NCBI GenBank assembly: GCA_002269645.1
Contig: NIVC01001499.1
Span: 62,001 to 126,000 of the forward strand
Source: Macrostomum lignano
Taxonomy: Eukaryota
DNA length: 64,000 nucleotides
Direction of reading: 5' to 3'
Position numbers and translations under genes: made by a program. The first letter of the stretch is position 1. Each line of letters opens with the position of its first letter. Below are positions 1 through 13,300 of the stretch, piece after piece. The notes under the pieces are model-generated. The model saw only the letters and a program-made list of their open reading frames with translations. It made no database searches and was not told the DNA's origin.

Positions 1-130
1 TTAAACTCTGTCCTTTGCACATAAAAATTTGACAGGCAATTTGTTCTGCTTTTTACTGCTTTTACTGCTTTGTACTGCTGCTTGCAGAGCAGTTAGTTCG
101 GTGGTAAGAAGCGTCTGACTGCCCGCACCT

Positions 131-676
131 GGGGGGAATTGCTGAGATGTCGAGGCTCATGAGGGGAATTGCTGAGATGTCAAGGCTAATGAGGGGAATT
201 GTTGAGATGTCAAGGCTCATGAGGGGAATTGCTGAGATGTCAAGGCTCATGAGGGGAATTGCTGAGATGTCAAGGCTCATGAGGGGAATTGCTGAGATGT
301 CAAGGCTCATGAGGGGAATTGCTGAGATGTCAAGGCTCATGAGGGGAATTGCTGAGATGTCAAGGCTCATGAGGGGAATTGTTGAAGATGTCAAGGCTCA
401 TGAGGGGAATTGTTGAAGATGTCAAGGCTCATGAGGGGAATTGCTGAGATGTCAAGGCTCATGAGGGGAATTGCTGAGATGTCAAGGCTCATGAGGGGAA
501 TTGTTGAAGATGTCAAGGCTCATGAGGGGAATTGTTGAAGATGTCAAGGCTCATGAGGGGAATTGCTGAGATGTCAAGGCTCATGAGGGGAATTGCTGAG
601 ATGTCAAGGCTCATGAGGGGAATTGTTGAAGATGTCAAGGCTCATGAGGGGAATTGCTGAGATGTCAAGGCTCATG
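131..676. repeat. 30-31 bp tandem minisatellite (GAGGGGAATTGCTGAGATGTCAAGGCTCAT)n
   Basis: About 17-18 near-identical units visible directly. ORFs 62..394 and 147..416 are repeat translations. Confidence 0.95.
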
Positions 677-1019
677 GAGGGGGAATAAATTATTCCTTTT
701 TTTGCTGCCTGGCGCTGATCTCCATAGTTCTCTTATACTCGCGTTGAGCATTTTTATTAAAATCTTCGCCAATGAACATTGCTGACCTCAGTAAATCTAA
801 GCTTCTATGCTTATCAAGATTCATTTTATCACTCATACACTGGGTCATGAATTGAATGAATTTTCTCTGACCTAATTTTTTTGCCCTAGATTTACAAGTT
901 TATAAAGTTATAAAGTTAGTTAACAGACTGTATCTCCACCTTTGTTGCTGTCTTTCACTGTTTGAGTCTTTTTTGTTTGTAGCTCTGAGTGTCTCTGACC
1001 TGTCACTTTGATTGCCTTT

Positions 1020-1650
1020 GTCTGCTACGGTGTGTCCTTAGCCTGTCACTCTCAGTGTCTTAAACCTATCACTCTCAGCTGTGTCTTAAACCTATCAATC
1101 TCAGTGTCTTAAGCCTATCACTCTCAGTGTCTCTAGCCTGTCACTCTTAGTGTCCTTAACCTGTCACTCCCAGTGTCCTAAACCTGTCACTCTTAGTGTC
1201 TCTAGTCAGCCACTTTTAGTGTCATAGTCTGTCACTCTCGGTGTCTTTATTCTGTCACTCTCAATGGCTTTAGTCTGTCACTCTTAGTGTGTTATTAAGG
1301 CTATCACTCTCAGTGTCTTAAACATGTCACTCTCAGTATCTTTAGTCTGTCACTCAGTGTCTTTATTAGCCTTTCACTCTCAGTGTCCTAAACCTGTCAC
1401 TCCCAGTGTCCTAAACCTGTCACTCCCAGTGTCCTAAACCTGTCACTCCCAGTGTCCTAAACCTGTCACTCCCAGTGTCCTAAATCTGTCACTCCCAGTG
1501 TCCTAAACCTGTCACTCCCAATTTCTTAAACCTATCATTCTCAGTGTCTTTGGTCTTTCACTCTCATTCATAAATTTTAATGCCTATCACACTCATTTTG
1601 GCGCCTGTCACACTCATTTTGGCGCCTGTCACACTCATTTTGGCGCTAAA
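1020..1650. repeat. Degenerate ~28-bp minisatellite (CCTGTCACTCCCAGTGTCCTAAA-like), followed by a short GGCGCCTGTCACACTCATTTT repeat
   Basis: Periodic CTGTCACTC core, with exact copies at about 1390-1520. Confidence 0.85.
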
Positions 1651-2204
1651 CACACCTGTACACTAGAGTTTACTACCAACCAACAAATTGAATTTGGCAC
1701 CCTATCATCGCACGAAATGCAACGCTCAGAGGTACCGTGTCAAACCTTAACCTGTTTATCTAGGCCGTTAAACTGCGGATGACCCCTGCAACACCACCGT
1801 TTCTCAATGAGAACACAAGCGTTTAGCCGCGAGATTCCCACACAATCTCAAAGCCAAGCTGACAGCTCTCGGGCGGCTTCTAAAACTGGTTCTTGGGACT
1901 GAAACTCATTCTCGATTAGATAAGAAATCTATAAGCTAGAGCCACAGAATTTCCAACAGAGAACTCTACGCCGTGGAAAGACACTTTGAGTCTGTTTCAG
2001 ATTTTGGTACTGATACGAGTATCGTAAGGAGCTTTAAAAAATGCAGCAAAATCTGCATTTTGGATACTGCGTTTGACTCGATTGGTAGGTGAGAACTGCA
2101 TTGGCTGCAGTGAAGTTGACAGTTGCTGTATATCTGCTTGTCATCTAGCTGACCTTTCACCACACGGCTTTGAAGGTAATTAGTAGGTAAGTAATATCCC
2201 AGAC

Positions 2205-3430
2205 CCCCAGTCTAGCGCTACCAATGACCACCAGTTTGGCGCTCTCAATGACCCCCAGTTTGGCGCCACTCAATTACCCCCAGTTTAGCGCCACTCAATG
2301 ACCCCCAGTTTGGCGCCACCAATGACCCTCAGTTTGGCGCCACTCAGTGACCCCCAGTTTAGCGCCACTCAATGACCCCCAGTTTGGCGCCACTCAATTG
2401 CCCCCAGTTTAGCGCCACTCAATGACCCCCAGTTTGGCGCCACTCAATTGCCCCAGTTTAGTGCCACTCAATTGCCCCCAGTTTAGCGCCACTCAATGAC
2501 CCCCAGTTTAGCGCCACTCAATTGCCCCCAGTTTAGCGCCACTCAATTACCCCCAGTTTAGCGCCACTCAATTACCCCCAGTTTAGCGCCACCAATGACC
2601 CTCAGTTTGGCGCTCTCAATGACCCCCAGTTTAGCGCCACTCAATTACCCCCAGTTTAGCGCCACTCAATTACCCCCAGTTTGGCGCCACTCAATTACCC
2701 CCAGTTTAGCGCCACTCAATGACCCCCAGTTTAGCGCCACTCAATTACCCCCAGTTTAGCGCCACTCAATTACCCCCAGTTTGGCGCCACTCAATTACCC
2801 CCAGTTTAGCGCCACTCAATTACCCCCAGTTTGGCGCCACTCAATTACCCCCAGTTTGGCGCCACTCAATTACCCCCAGTTTAGCGCCACTCAATTACCC
2901 CCAGTTTAGCGCCACTCAATTACACCCAGTTTGGTGCCACTCAATTACCCCCAGTTTAGCGCCACTCAATGACCCCCAGTTTGGCGCCACTCAATTACCC
3001 CCAGTTTGGCGCCACTCAATTACCCCCAGTTTAGCGCCACTCAATTACCCCCAGTTTAGCGCCACTCAATTACACCCAGTTTGGTGCCACTCAATTACCC
3101 CCAGTTTAGCGCCACTCAATGACCCCCAGTTTGGCGCCACTCAATTACCCCCAGTTTGGCGCCACTCAATTACCCCCAGTTTGGCGCCACTCAATGACCC
3201 CCCAGTTTGGCGCCACTCAATGACCCCCCAGTTTGGCGCCACTCAATGACCCCCCAGTTTGGCGCCACTCAATGACCCCCCAGTTTGGCGCCATTCAATG
3301 ACACCCTAGTTTGGGGCTCTCAATGACACAGCAGTTTAGCGCCACCAATGACCCCCCAGTTTGGCGCCACCAATGACTCCCAGTTTAGCGCCACCAATGG
3401 CTCCCAGTTTAGCGCCACCAATGACTCACT
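2205..3430. repeat. ~27-bp minisatellite (ACCCCCAGTTTGGCGCCACTCAATG/T)n
   Basis: More than 40 tandem units. ORF 2719..3249 is a repeat translation. Confidence 0.95.
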
Positions 3431-3536
3431 GACCTCCATATTTGCACTCCCTCGGACACCCAGTTTGGCTTGTAAAATTCCGCGTTCGCTAAAGCTATTA
3501 AACCCCCTCGCGGCCCTCGATCGGTCGGCAGCGGCC

Positions 3537-6500
3537 ATGTCCTCAGATGACCCCGTGCCTGACCCGAACGTCAGCTCAGCCCGGCGATTGAATCAGCCGC
3601 AGCAGCTGCTGGACTTTGAAGAGCACCGCTCGCTCCCAGTGGGCGGGGGCGATGGGGGTCACCGGACCCTCTTGATAGGCGTCAGAGTCCCCCGCGGTGG
3701 CCGGAAGCGGTCGCTGGAGCAGCAGCACGAGAGGCGGGGCAAGAGGCGAGAGAAGAAGAGCGACTCGTCACAGACACAGAGGCACCGGCAGCAGCAGCAG
3801 CCGCAGTCGGGCAGTGAGTTCGAGAGTCTGTCACACCCACATCCGTCACTCTCAATGTGTCTGTCACTCTCAATCGTGTCTGTCACTCTCGATCGTGTCT
3901 GTCAATCTCAATCGTGTCTGTCAATCTCAATCGTGTCTGTCACTCTCGATCGTGTCTTCACTATCAATCGTGTCTGTCACTCTCAATCGTGTCTGTCACT
4001 CTCGATCGTGTCTGTCACTCTCAATCGTGTCTGTCAATCTCAATCGTGTCTGTCCCTCTAAATCGCGTCTGTCACTCTCAATCGTGTCTGTCACTCTCGA
4101 TCGTGTTTGTCAGTCTCAATCGTGTCTGTCAATCTCAATCGTGTCTGTCACTCTCGATCGTGTCTTCACTATCAATCGTGTCTGTCATTCTCAATCGTGT
4201 CTGTCACTCTCAATCGTGTCTGTCACTCTCAATCGTGTCTTCACTATCAATCGTGTCTGTCACTCTCAATCGTGTCTGTCACTCTCGATCGTGTCTGTCA
4301 ATCTCGATCGTGTCTGTCAATCTCAATCGTGTCTGTCCCTCTCAATCGCGTCTGTCACTCTCAATCGTGTCTGTCACTCTCGATCGTGTTTGTCAGTCTC
4401 AATCGTGTCTGTCAATCTCAATCGTGTCTGTCACTCTCGATCGTGTCTTCACTATCAATAGGTCTGTCACTCTCAATCGTGTCTGTCACTCTCAATCGTG
4501 TCTGTCACTCTCGATCGTGTCTGTCACTCTCGATCGTGTTTGTCAGTCTCAATCGCGTCTGTCAATCTCAATCGTGTCTGTCACTCTCGATCGTGTCTTC
4601 ACTATCAATCGTGTCTGTCACTCTCAATCGTGTCTGTCACTCTCAATCGTGTCTGTCACTCTCAATCGTGTCTTCACTATCAATAGGTCTGTCACTTTCA
4701 ATTGTGTCTGTCACTCTCAATCGTGTCTGTCACTCTCGATCGTGTCTGTCACTCTCGATCGTGTTTGTCAGTCTCAATCGCGTCTGTCACTCTCAATCGT
4801 GTCTGTCACTCTCGATCGTGTTTGTCAGTCTCAATCGTGTCTGTCAATCTCAATCGTGTCTGTCACTCTCAATCGTGTCTTCACTATCAATCGTGTCTGT
4901 CACTCTCAATCGTGTCTGTCACTCTCAATCGTGTCTGTCACTCTCAATCGTGTCTGTCACTCTCAATCGTGTCTGTCACTCTCAATCGTGTCTGTCACTC
5001 TCAATCGTGTCTGTCACTCTCAATCGTGTCTGTCACTCTCAATCGTGTCTGCCACTCTCAATCGTGTCTGTCACTCTTAATCGTGTCTGTCACTCTCAAT
5101 CGTGTCTGTCACTCAATTGTGTCTGGGGTTAGGGTTAGGGTTAGGGTTAGGGTTAGGGTTAGGGTTAGGGTTAGGCTTAGGTTTAGGGTTAGGGTTAGGG
5201 TTAGGGCTCAATTTCAATCGTGTCTGTCACTCTCGATCGTGTCTGTCACTCTCAATCGTGTCTGTCACTCTCAATTGTGTCTGTCACTCTCAATCGTGTC
5301 TGTCACTCTCAATTGTGTCTGTCACTCTCAATCGTGTCTGTCACTCTCAATTGTGTTTGTCAATCTAAATCGTGTCTGTCACTCTCAATTGTGTCTGTCA
5401 CTCTCAATCGTGTCTGTCACTCTCAATCGTTTCTGTCACTCTCAATCGTTTCTGTAACTCTCAATCGTGTTTGTCAGTCTCAATCGTGTCTGTCACTCTC
5501 AATCGTGTCTGTCACTCTCAATTGTGTTTGTCACTCTAAATCGTGTCTGTCACTCAATTGTGTCTGTCACTCTTGTAGAAAAGTCAATGCCGCGAAATGG
5601 TGCTAGGCAGGCATGAAGAATAACTCAAGGGCCGCTTGCACTTTAGCAGGGCCGGCTTATATTTGGCTATGACTAATTGCGTAATATGAGCTAAATCAAT
5701 TATTGAAGTGAGTGGTTGGCTGTACGTACTTGTACGGGGCAGTGATAGCGCTGGACCAAGTGAGCGAGGGAGAGAGAGAGGGAGGCAGATGTACACTGCC
5801 CCACAACTCTCAATCGTGTCTGTCACTCCTTCCACTGCCTATCGCATGCATCTGTCACTACTTGTAGTGTCCCGTGATTTCAAGTTTTGTTTCACTCTGA
5901 AATTATCAATTTGTCACCTTATTCATAATAAAACTAACAAAGTGTCAGCTGTCGAAGAAACTGATGAAGATGCCGATGCAGAAGCCGAGGACGCGCCTCC
6001 AAGTTAGTATTTTTTATTTTTATTTTTCAACTCTTCATTTTAAATAATTTTCCTAGATAATTATCGATTTTTGCATCTCAATGCCCTAACTGCAGGTTTT
6101 GGCAGTTTGGCAGCTGATGTCACTGGTGAAGGCTCCGGGTCTGCTTCGGTTTCTCGTGGTGAGAACTTTTAGAGTCTGTTGTTACATACACAGAGCGAAT
6201 GTACTTTTAGTCTAGTGATGACATTTTTTCAATAAAAACTCTTTAGAAGGCTCCAACGCGGATCCATCAGTGAGGGTGCACTTTCTGCTTGGCAACAATC
6301 AAGATTCGGGAGCCGCTGAATACGAACCATTGACTGCTGTTGAAGATATTCGACCGCTGTTCTGCCAGATGAACGAGCTGGACTGCTCTGGTGAGAACTT
6401 TTATTGACTTGAGAATCTCAAGTAGACTATTGAGTAGATAGGCGGTTAGAGAAGCATGCTAGAGAGTTGGATAGATAGTTGAGTAGATAGTCAGGTAGCT

Positions 6501-9500
6501 AGTCGGGTAGATACTCAGGTAGGTAGTCGGGTAGATAACCAGGTAGGTAATCGGGTAGATACTCAGGTAGGTAGTCGGGTAGATAACCAGGTAGGCAGTC
6601 GGGTAGATACTCAGGTAGGTAGTCGGGTAGATAACCAGGTAGCTAGTTGGGTAGAAACTCAGGTAGGTAGTCGGGTAGATACTCAGGTAGCTAGTCGAGT
6701 AGATAATCAGGTAGCTAGTCAGGTAGACAATTGGGTAGACAATCAATGAGACAGTCAAGTAGACAATTGGGTGGACAATTAGGTAGATGATCGGATATAC
6801 AATAAAGTAGACTTTCATATAGAAAATCAGGTAGAAAATCGGTTAAGCAATCAAGTATACAAATTGTTACACAATCGGGTAGACAATCGAGTAGACAATT
6901 GGCTAAACAGCTGCAACAATTCGCTTCCCATTTAACCCCAAAAAGGTGACGTCACTGTGTGGAAACAGACAGCTCGATGGATCAAATTTGAAGAGGATGT
7001 TGAGGAGGGTGGAGAGCGCTGGTCAAAGCCTCACGTGGCCACCCTGAGCCTGCTGTCGTTGTTCGAAGTTCGGACTGCAATTTCTACAGGTGAGACTACA
7101 GGGTGAAAACCATGGAGGTTGACTGTCAGGGAGGTTGACTGTCAGAGAGGGTGAATATCAGGGAGGGGAATATCAGGGAGGGTGACTGTCAGGGAGGTTG
7201 ACTGTCAGAGAGGTTGACTGTCAGGGAGGGTGACTGTCAGGGAGGGTGAGTATCAGGAAGGGTGACTGTCAGGGAGGGTGAATATCAGGAAGGGTGACTG
7301 TCAGGGAGGGTGACTGTCAGGGAGGGAGAATATCGGGGAAGGAGACTGTCAGAGAAGGTGACTCTCAGAGAGGGTGGTTTTCAGGGAGGGTGACTGTCAG
7401 AGAGGGTGACTGTCAGGGAGGGTGACTGTCAGAGAGGGTGACTGTCAGGGAGGGCTGCCTTTGAGAGTAATAGTTCTATCTGAAGAACAAGAAACAAGAT
7501 CTATAAATTTATTTTTATATCTAAAAAAATTCAGGCGAGGTAATGCTGGATTGCGAGGCCCAGTCGTTCGAATCGATCGTCGACCTGATGCTAAATCGGC
7601 TGGTTAGAAAAGACCGACTGCCAGTCGAATACCGAGAGCAAACTCGCGAAGTGCTGCTCAAGAAGCACTGGAATTTGCACCAGAAACGGCTGGTCCGAGG
7701 CAGCTCGTTTCTTGGTTCGAAGATTCGAAACATTGCCGAAATTGGCAAGAGGCATTCGTCTAAGGATTTGGAGAGGGGTGAGTTGCGGAGACCTCCAAGG
7801 AACTTATCTCTATCGACATACATCGACACCCATCGACATACATCCACACTCACCGACACTCGCTGATACTCGCCGACACACTCACCAACACTCACCGACA
7901 CTTATGGACACTCACCGACACTTATGGACACTCACCGACACTTATGGACACTCACCGACACTTATGGACACTCACCGACACTTATGGACACTCACCGACA
8001 CTTATGGACACTCACCGACACTTATGGACACTCACCGACACTTATGGACACTCACCGACACTTATGGACACTCACCGACACTTATGGACACTCACCGACA
8101 CTTATGGACACTCACCGACACTTATGGACACTCACCGACACTTATGGACACTCACCGACACTTATGGACACTCACCGACACTTATGGACACTCACCGACA
8201 CTTATGGACACTCACCGACACTTATGGACACTCACCGACACTTATGGACACTCACCGACACTTATGGACACTCACCGACACTTATGGACACTCACCGACA
8301 CTTATGGACACTCACCGACACTTATGGACACTCAACGACACTTATGGACACTCAACGACACTTATGGACACTCACCGACACTCACCGACACTCACCGACA
8401 CTCACCGACACTCACCGACACCCATCGACACACACTGGCATCCACTCCAGATTCAAGCTTCCGAAACAGCCCCAGCGGTGTCGGATTAGGCGAGGCCCTC
8501 GGAGACTCAGCCGACGCCACTCAGCCGCATTCATCCGGATCGAAGCACTACGACCAGAGCTTCATGAGGAAGGTGCCGCCGGGAGCCGAGACGGCGAACA
8601 TCCTGGTTGGCAGCACCAGCTTCTTACCAACTGGTCCAGTTGCCTGTTTCATCCGACTGAAAAATGCCTGCCTAGCTATGGAGATCACGGAAGTGCCGGT
8701 GCCAAGCCGCTTCCTGTTTGTACTTTTAAGCCCGCCAGGACAGGTGGACTCGCTCAAGGAGATGGGCCGGTGCATGGGCACCCTGATGTCTGACGAGATC
8801 TTTCGCGACGTGGCTTATTTGGCTAGAGGAAAAGTGAGTATGCCGTTTGAATTGTCAGGGGCCAAGGGCTGTTGAATAGCAAGTGTCAGGGTCTTAAATA
8901 CGCTCGTGTCTAGTGTCAGAACTCTTGAGTATCTAGTGTCAGAACTCTTGAGTATCTAGCTTCAGGGCTATCGTCAATGGCTCTCATAACTAATGGCATG
9001 TAATTAATATCAGTAAACACAGACAGACTTTTATTGGAATTGAACTACACAAACCAGAAGCGAGGGCGCAAGGCCCAAAATTCATATATTTATAAGACAT
9101 TGCCTAAATTAGGGGGGTGGGGTTGCATTCACGATAAGAGACGGGGGTGGATGATTAGAGCACGAGAGCGCGAGGGGGTAGAAAAATGATAACGAGGAAC
9201 AAATAAGCGTGCAATGGGGAGTGGGTACAAGGTGCGACCAGAAGGCAGAGAAGGCAGAGATAGAGATAAGCACAGAGAGGCAGCCAATCAGAATTAAGAC
9301 ATACAAACATAAGCGAGAAGGTGGAACAAATGAAGAAAGTCGCTATATGGCATGATACCATAAAATTCCCACCTGATATCCTAATCCTCCCAGGGCGACC
9401 TGCTCGCAGGTCTGGACGAGTTCCTAAAATTCTGCATCGTTCTGCCGCCAAATGAATGGGACCCATCGATTCGCATTGAACCGCCAAAGGAGGTGCCCTC

Positions 9501-10258
9501 CCAGGACGTTCGCAAGCAGCACTCGTCCGCGAACCTGTCTGCCCTGAACGGAGGTGAGCGACATCTGTAAACAGAATAAGTAAAAACGGCCCTTTTGGGG
9601 CGATTAACACCGATAAGGGCCAACCCTCAAGGCACGGAGAGTGTACATACCGACGGTGGTGGGAAGGACGAAAAAAACCCTTACTTTTTACTGACAGTAA
9701 TTTGAACGCATTTTAATGCTATTTTAATGCTCCACATTCCAGCCGGAGAAGACGGCAGCCAGTCGGCTAATAAAATTGAAAAGTCTTCTTCCGGGCAACA
9801 GTTGAAGCTCAAGGAGGCCTCATTCGATGCTGAGAAGCTGCCGTCGCCTCCGCCTCCGCCTCCGCTGCAGCAGCAGCAGTCTCAGACTCAAAGCGACTCG
9901 GAGGGTCACTTCGATGCGTCCCTGGAGCGAACTGGACGCCTGTTTGGCGGCCTCACCGAAGACGTGAAACGCAAACTGCCGTTCTATCTGTCCGACGTGA
10001 AAGACGCAATTCACGTGCAAACCATTGGCGCTTTCTTCTTTATCTATTTTGCCTGTCTGACCCCCATCATCACGTTTGGCGGCCTGCTGGTGGACGCTAC
10101 CGAAGGCTATTTGGGCGCTATGGAGTCCATTCTGTCTGGGGCCATCTGCGGCACTCTCTACGCTCTGTGCTCCGGGCAGCCGCTCACCATATTGGGTAAT
10201 TTGGTGGATTCGATTCAGTTGTCAAGTTTTATTGATTAACAGATTGATTGATGGACAA

Positions 10259-10291
<33 letters not shown>

Positions 10292-10306
10292 CTGATTGAT
10301 TGATTA

Positions 10307-10392
<86 letters not shown>

Positions 10393-13300
10393 GATTTATT
10401 GATTGTTTGATTGCTTGATTGGTTTATTGATTGATTGATTAAGTAATTGATTGATTGACTGATGAGTTGGTTGATTGAAATGTTGATTGATTGATTGGTT
10501 CATTGATTGATAGAGTGATTAAGTTCATTTGTTGCTGATCGATTGATTGATTGATTGGTTCATTGATTGATTGATTGGTTTTTTGATTGATTGATTGATT
10601 AGTTGATTACTTAAATCATTGCTTTGTTGATTGATTGGTGAAATTATCTGGTTCAATAATTTTACTTTTTGATACTACGTCCATGACTGAAAATTGGATA
10701 CAATAAACTATCAAGATTTATCAATAAACAAAAACTATATAATTGAGACTCTCTAAAAGCATTCCCATATCTTATAATTTTTTCCAGGCTCAACTGGTCC
10801 CGTGTTGGTATTCGAAACCATCGTGTTCAAGATGTGCAAGGAGTGGCACTGGGACTACCTGAGCTTGAGAATGTGGATCGGCCTGTGGATATTCGTCATC
10901 CTAATGCTTATAGTCGCTTTCGATTTAAGCGCGTTGGTTAAGTAAGTTCTTGTTTAACTTTTTGAGTGTACATTGCAACAGAGGGTTAACATAAGTGTAC
11001 TTTACCATAGCGTTCGGTAGGATCGTAGCCTAGTGGTGAGAGCGTCAGACTCATGACTGAAAGGTTGGGGGTTCGATTCTCGACCCAAATCGGAAAAATT
11101 TGTGTTTGTCTTAAGTTGCAAGACAACTTAATTAACTCTGCATTGCTTCAGTTCACTCAGCTGTAAAATGGGTGCCAGTATTAGCTGGGGTAATTGAGGC
11201 TGTGTGTGTGGCGAACCCCTCCAGGTGCGGTTAGATGCAATGAAAAAATAATGACAATCTGTACATTGCCAATTCGAAATCTGCACATACTCACAAACCA
11301 TGCCTCGAACAGGTACATCACCAGATTCACTGAGGAATCGTTCGCGGCCCTAATCGCTCTCATCTTCATAGTGGAAGCCATAAAAAAGTTACTGCACATC
11401 GCTTCATATTATCCAATTAATAAATCTTGGCACCCGAATTTCGTGTCAGATTTTAATTGCTCATGCGAGTTGGATCCTTCGGTGAACGCCTCCGAACGCA
11501 AGCCGCTGATGCCCGGTCAGCGCTACTTCGTGCCCAGCTATCCAAGACCCTACGGCGACGGCAACGGCACCGAAGTTCGCTATTTCGCCAATTATTCCCA
11601 ACTGGACTACTGGGACTGGGAGTCCAGCAAATACTATAAATACTGCATCAATAATCAGGGAGTCTGGTCTGGCAGCGGTTGCGGCAAGTTCGCTGTGCCG
11701 GACGTATTCTTCTTCTCCTGCCTGCTCTTCCTGGGCACGTTCGGCATCAGCTACGGCCTGAAGATGATGCGCAACTCCAGATTCTTTCCAAATCGAGTTC
11801 GATCCATAATTAGCGATTTCGCAGTCATGCTGGCTATTGTTGCCATGACATTGGTTGACCTGCTGATGGGACTGCACACGCCGAAGCTGCACGTGCCGGA
11901 TACGTTCTCGCCGACACTGGGCTACGAGACCAGAGGCTGGATTGTTCCACCATTCGGTAGTCGCGGTCAGAACCCGGCCTACTCTGCAATATTCGCCCTG
12001 CTGCCGGCTCTCCTAGCAACCATTCTGATCTTCATGGACCAGCAGATCACAGCAGTGATTGTCAATCGCAAAGAGAACAAGCTGAAGAAAGGCCTGGGCT
12101 ATCACCTGGACTTGCTGATTGTTGCAGTGCTGATTGGCATCAATTCTATTCTGGGCATTCCCTGGTTTGTTGCCGCCACCGTGCTGTCAATCAATCACGT
12201 GATGGCGCTGAAAATCGAGAGCGAGACAACTGCTCCGGGGGAGAGGCCTAAGTTCCTCGGGTGTCGGTGAGTCACTGACAGACACACAGACAGACACTGA
12301 CAGACACTGGCAGACACACAGACAGACACTGACAGACACTGACAGACACTGACAGACACACAGACAGACACTGACAGACACTGACAGACACACAGACAGA
12401 CACTGACAGACACACAGACAGACACTGACAGACGCTGACAGACACTGACAGACGCTGACAGACACTGACAGACACTGACAGTCACAGACAGACACTGACA
12501 GACACTGACAGACACACAGACAGACACAGACAGACACAGACAGACACTGACAGACGCTGACAGACACTGACAGACGCTGACAGACACTGACAGACGCTGA
12601 CAGACACTGACAGACGCTGACAGACACTGACAGACGCTGACAGACACTGAAAGACGCTGACAGACACTGACAGACACTGACAGACGCTGACAGACACTGA
12701 CAGACATACAGACAGACACACAGACAGACACTGACAGACACACAGACAGACACTTACAGACACTGACAGACGCTGACAGACGCTGACAGACGCTGACAGA
12801 CACTGACAGACACTGAGACAGACACTGAGACGATCTAAGCAGTCAGTTGATTTTGGAGTATTGTATCATAACTTTACGAGGCAAACCTTCAATTTATTTA
12901 ATAACAGCGAGAACCGCGTCACCGGCTTCCTGATCTTCCTACTCATCGGCCTGTCCGTCTTCCTGACCCCGGTGCTCAAGCACATCCCCATGCCTGTGCT
13001 GTACGGAGTGTTCCTGTTCATGGGCATCTCGAGCCTGCGCGGCGTGCAGCTCGTGCAGCGGGTGGGGCTCTTCTTCATGCCGCAGAAGTACCAGCCGGAC
13101 TACAGGTTCCTCAGGTGAGACTGCATGGCTGTGCCCGTCTGTCTCCGACGAATGCCTGTTTCAGTGTCTGTCTGTGTGTCTGTCAGTGTCTGTCTGTGTA
13201 TGTTTCAGTGTCTGTCTCAGTGTCTATCTTGGTGTCCGTCTTAGTGTCTGTCTCAGTGTCTGTCTCAGTGTCTGTCTGTGTGTCTGTCTCAGTGTCTGTC

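Noticed and set aside
1959-2090. Possible extra upstream coding exon (ELYAVERHF..SIGR, bounded by AG/GT)
   Set aside because: It has no recognisable similarity and no demonstrable link to SLC4, whose ATG at 3537 is already in good context.
3697-5606. Long Cys/Ser/Val-rich ORFs
   Set aside because: They are translations of the 20-bp minisatellite in SLC4 intron 1.
7830-8425. Regular arrays here and at 28636-33645 considered as CRISPR
   Set aside because: The units are head-to-tail with no unique spacers, there are no cas genes, and the context is eukaryotic.
7712-8489. [20 protein letters not shown] repeat ORFs
   Set aside because: They come from a 20-bp intronic repeat. Only 8451-8833 is a real exon.
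11020-11092. Functional tRNA-Met gene
   Set aside because: It lacks a paired acceptor stem and continues into SINE-like body sequence.
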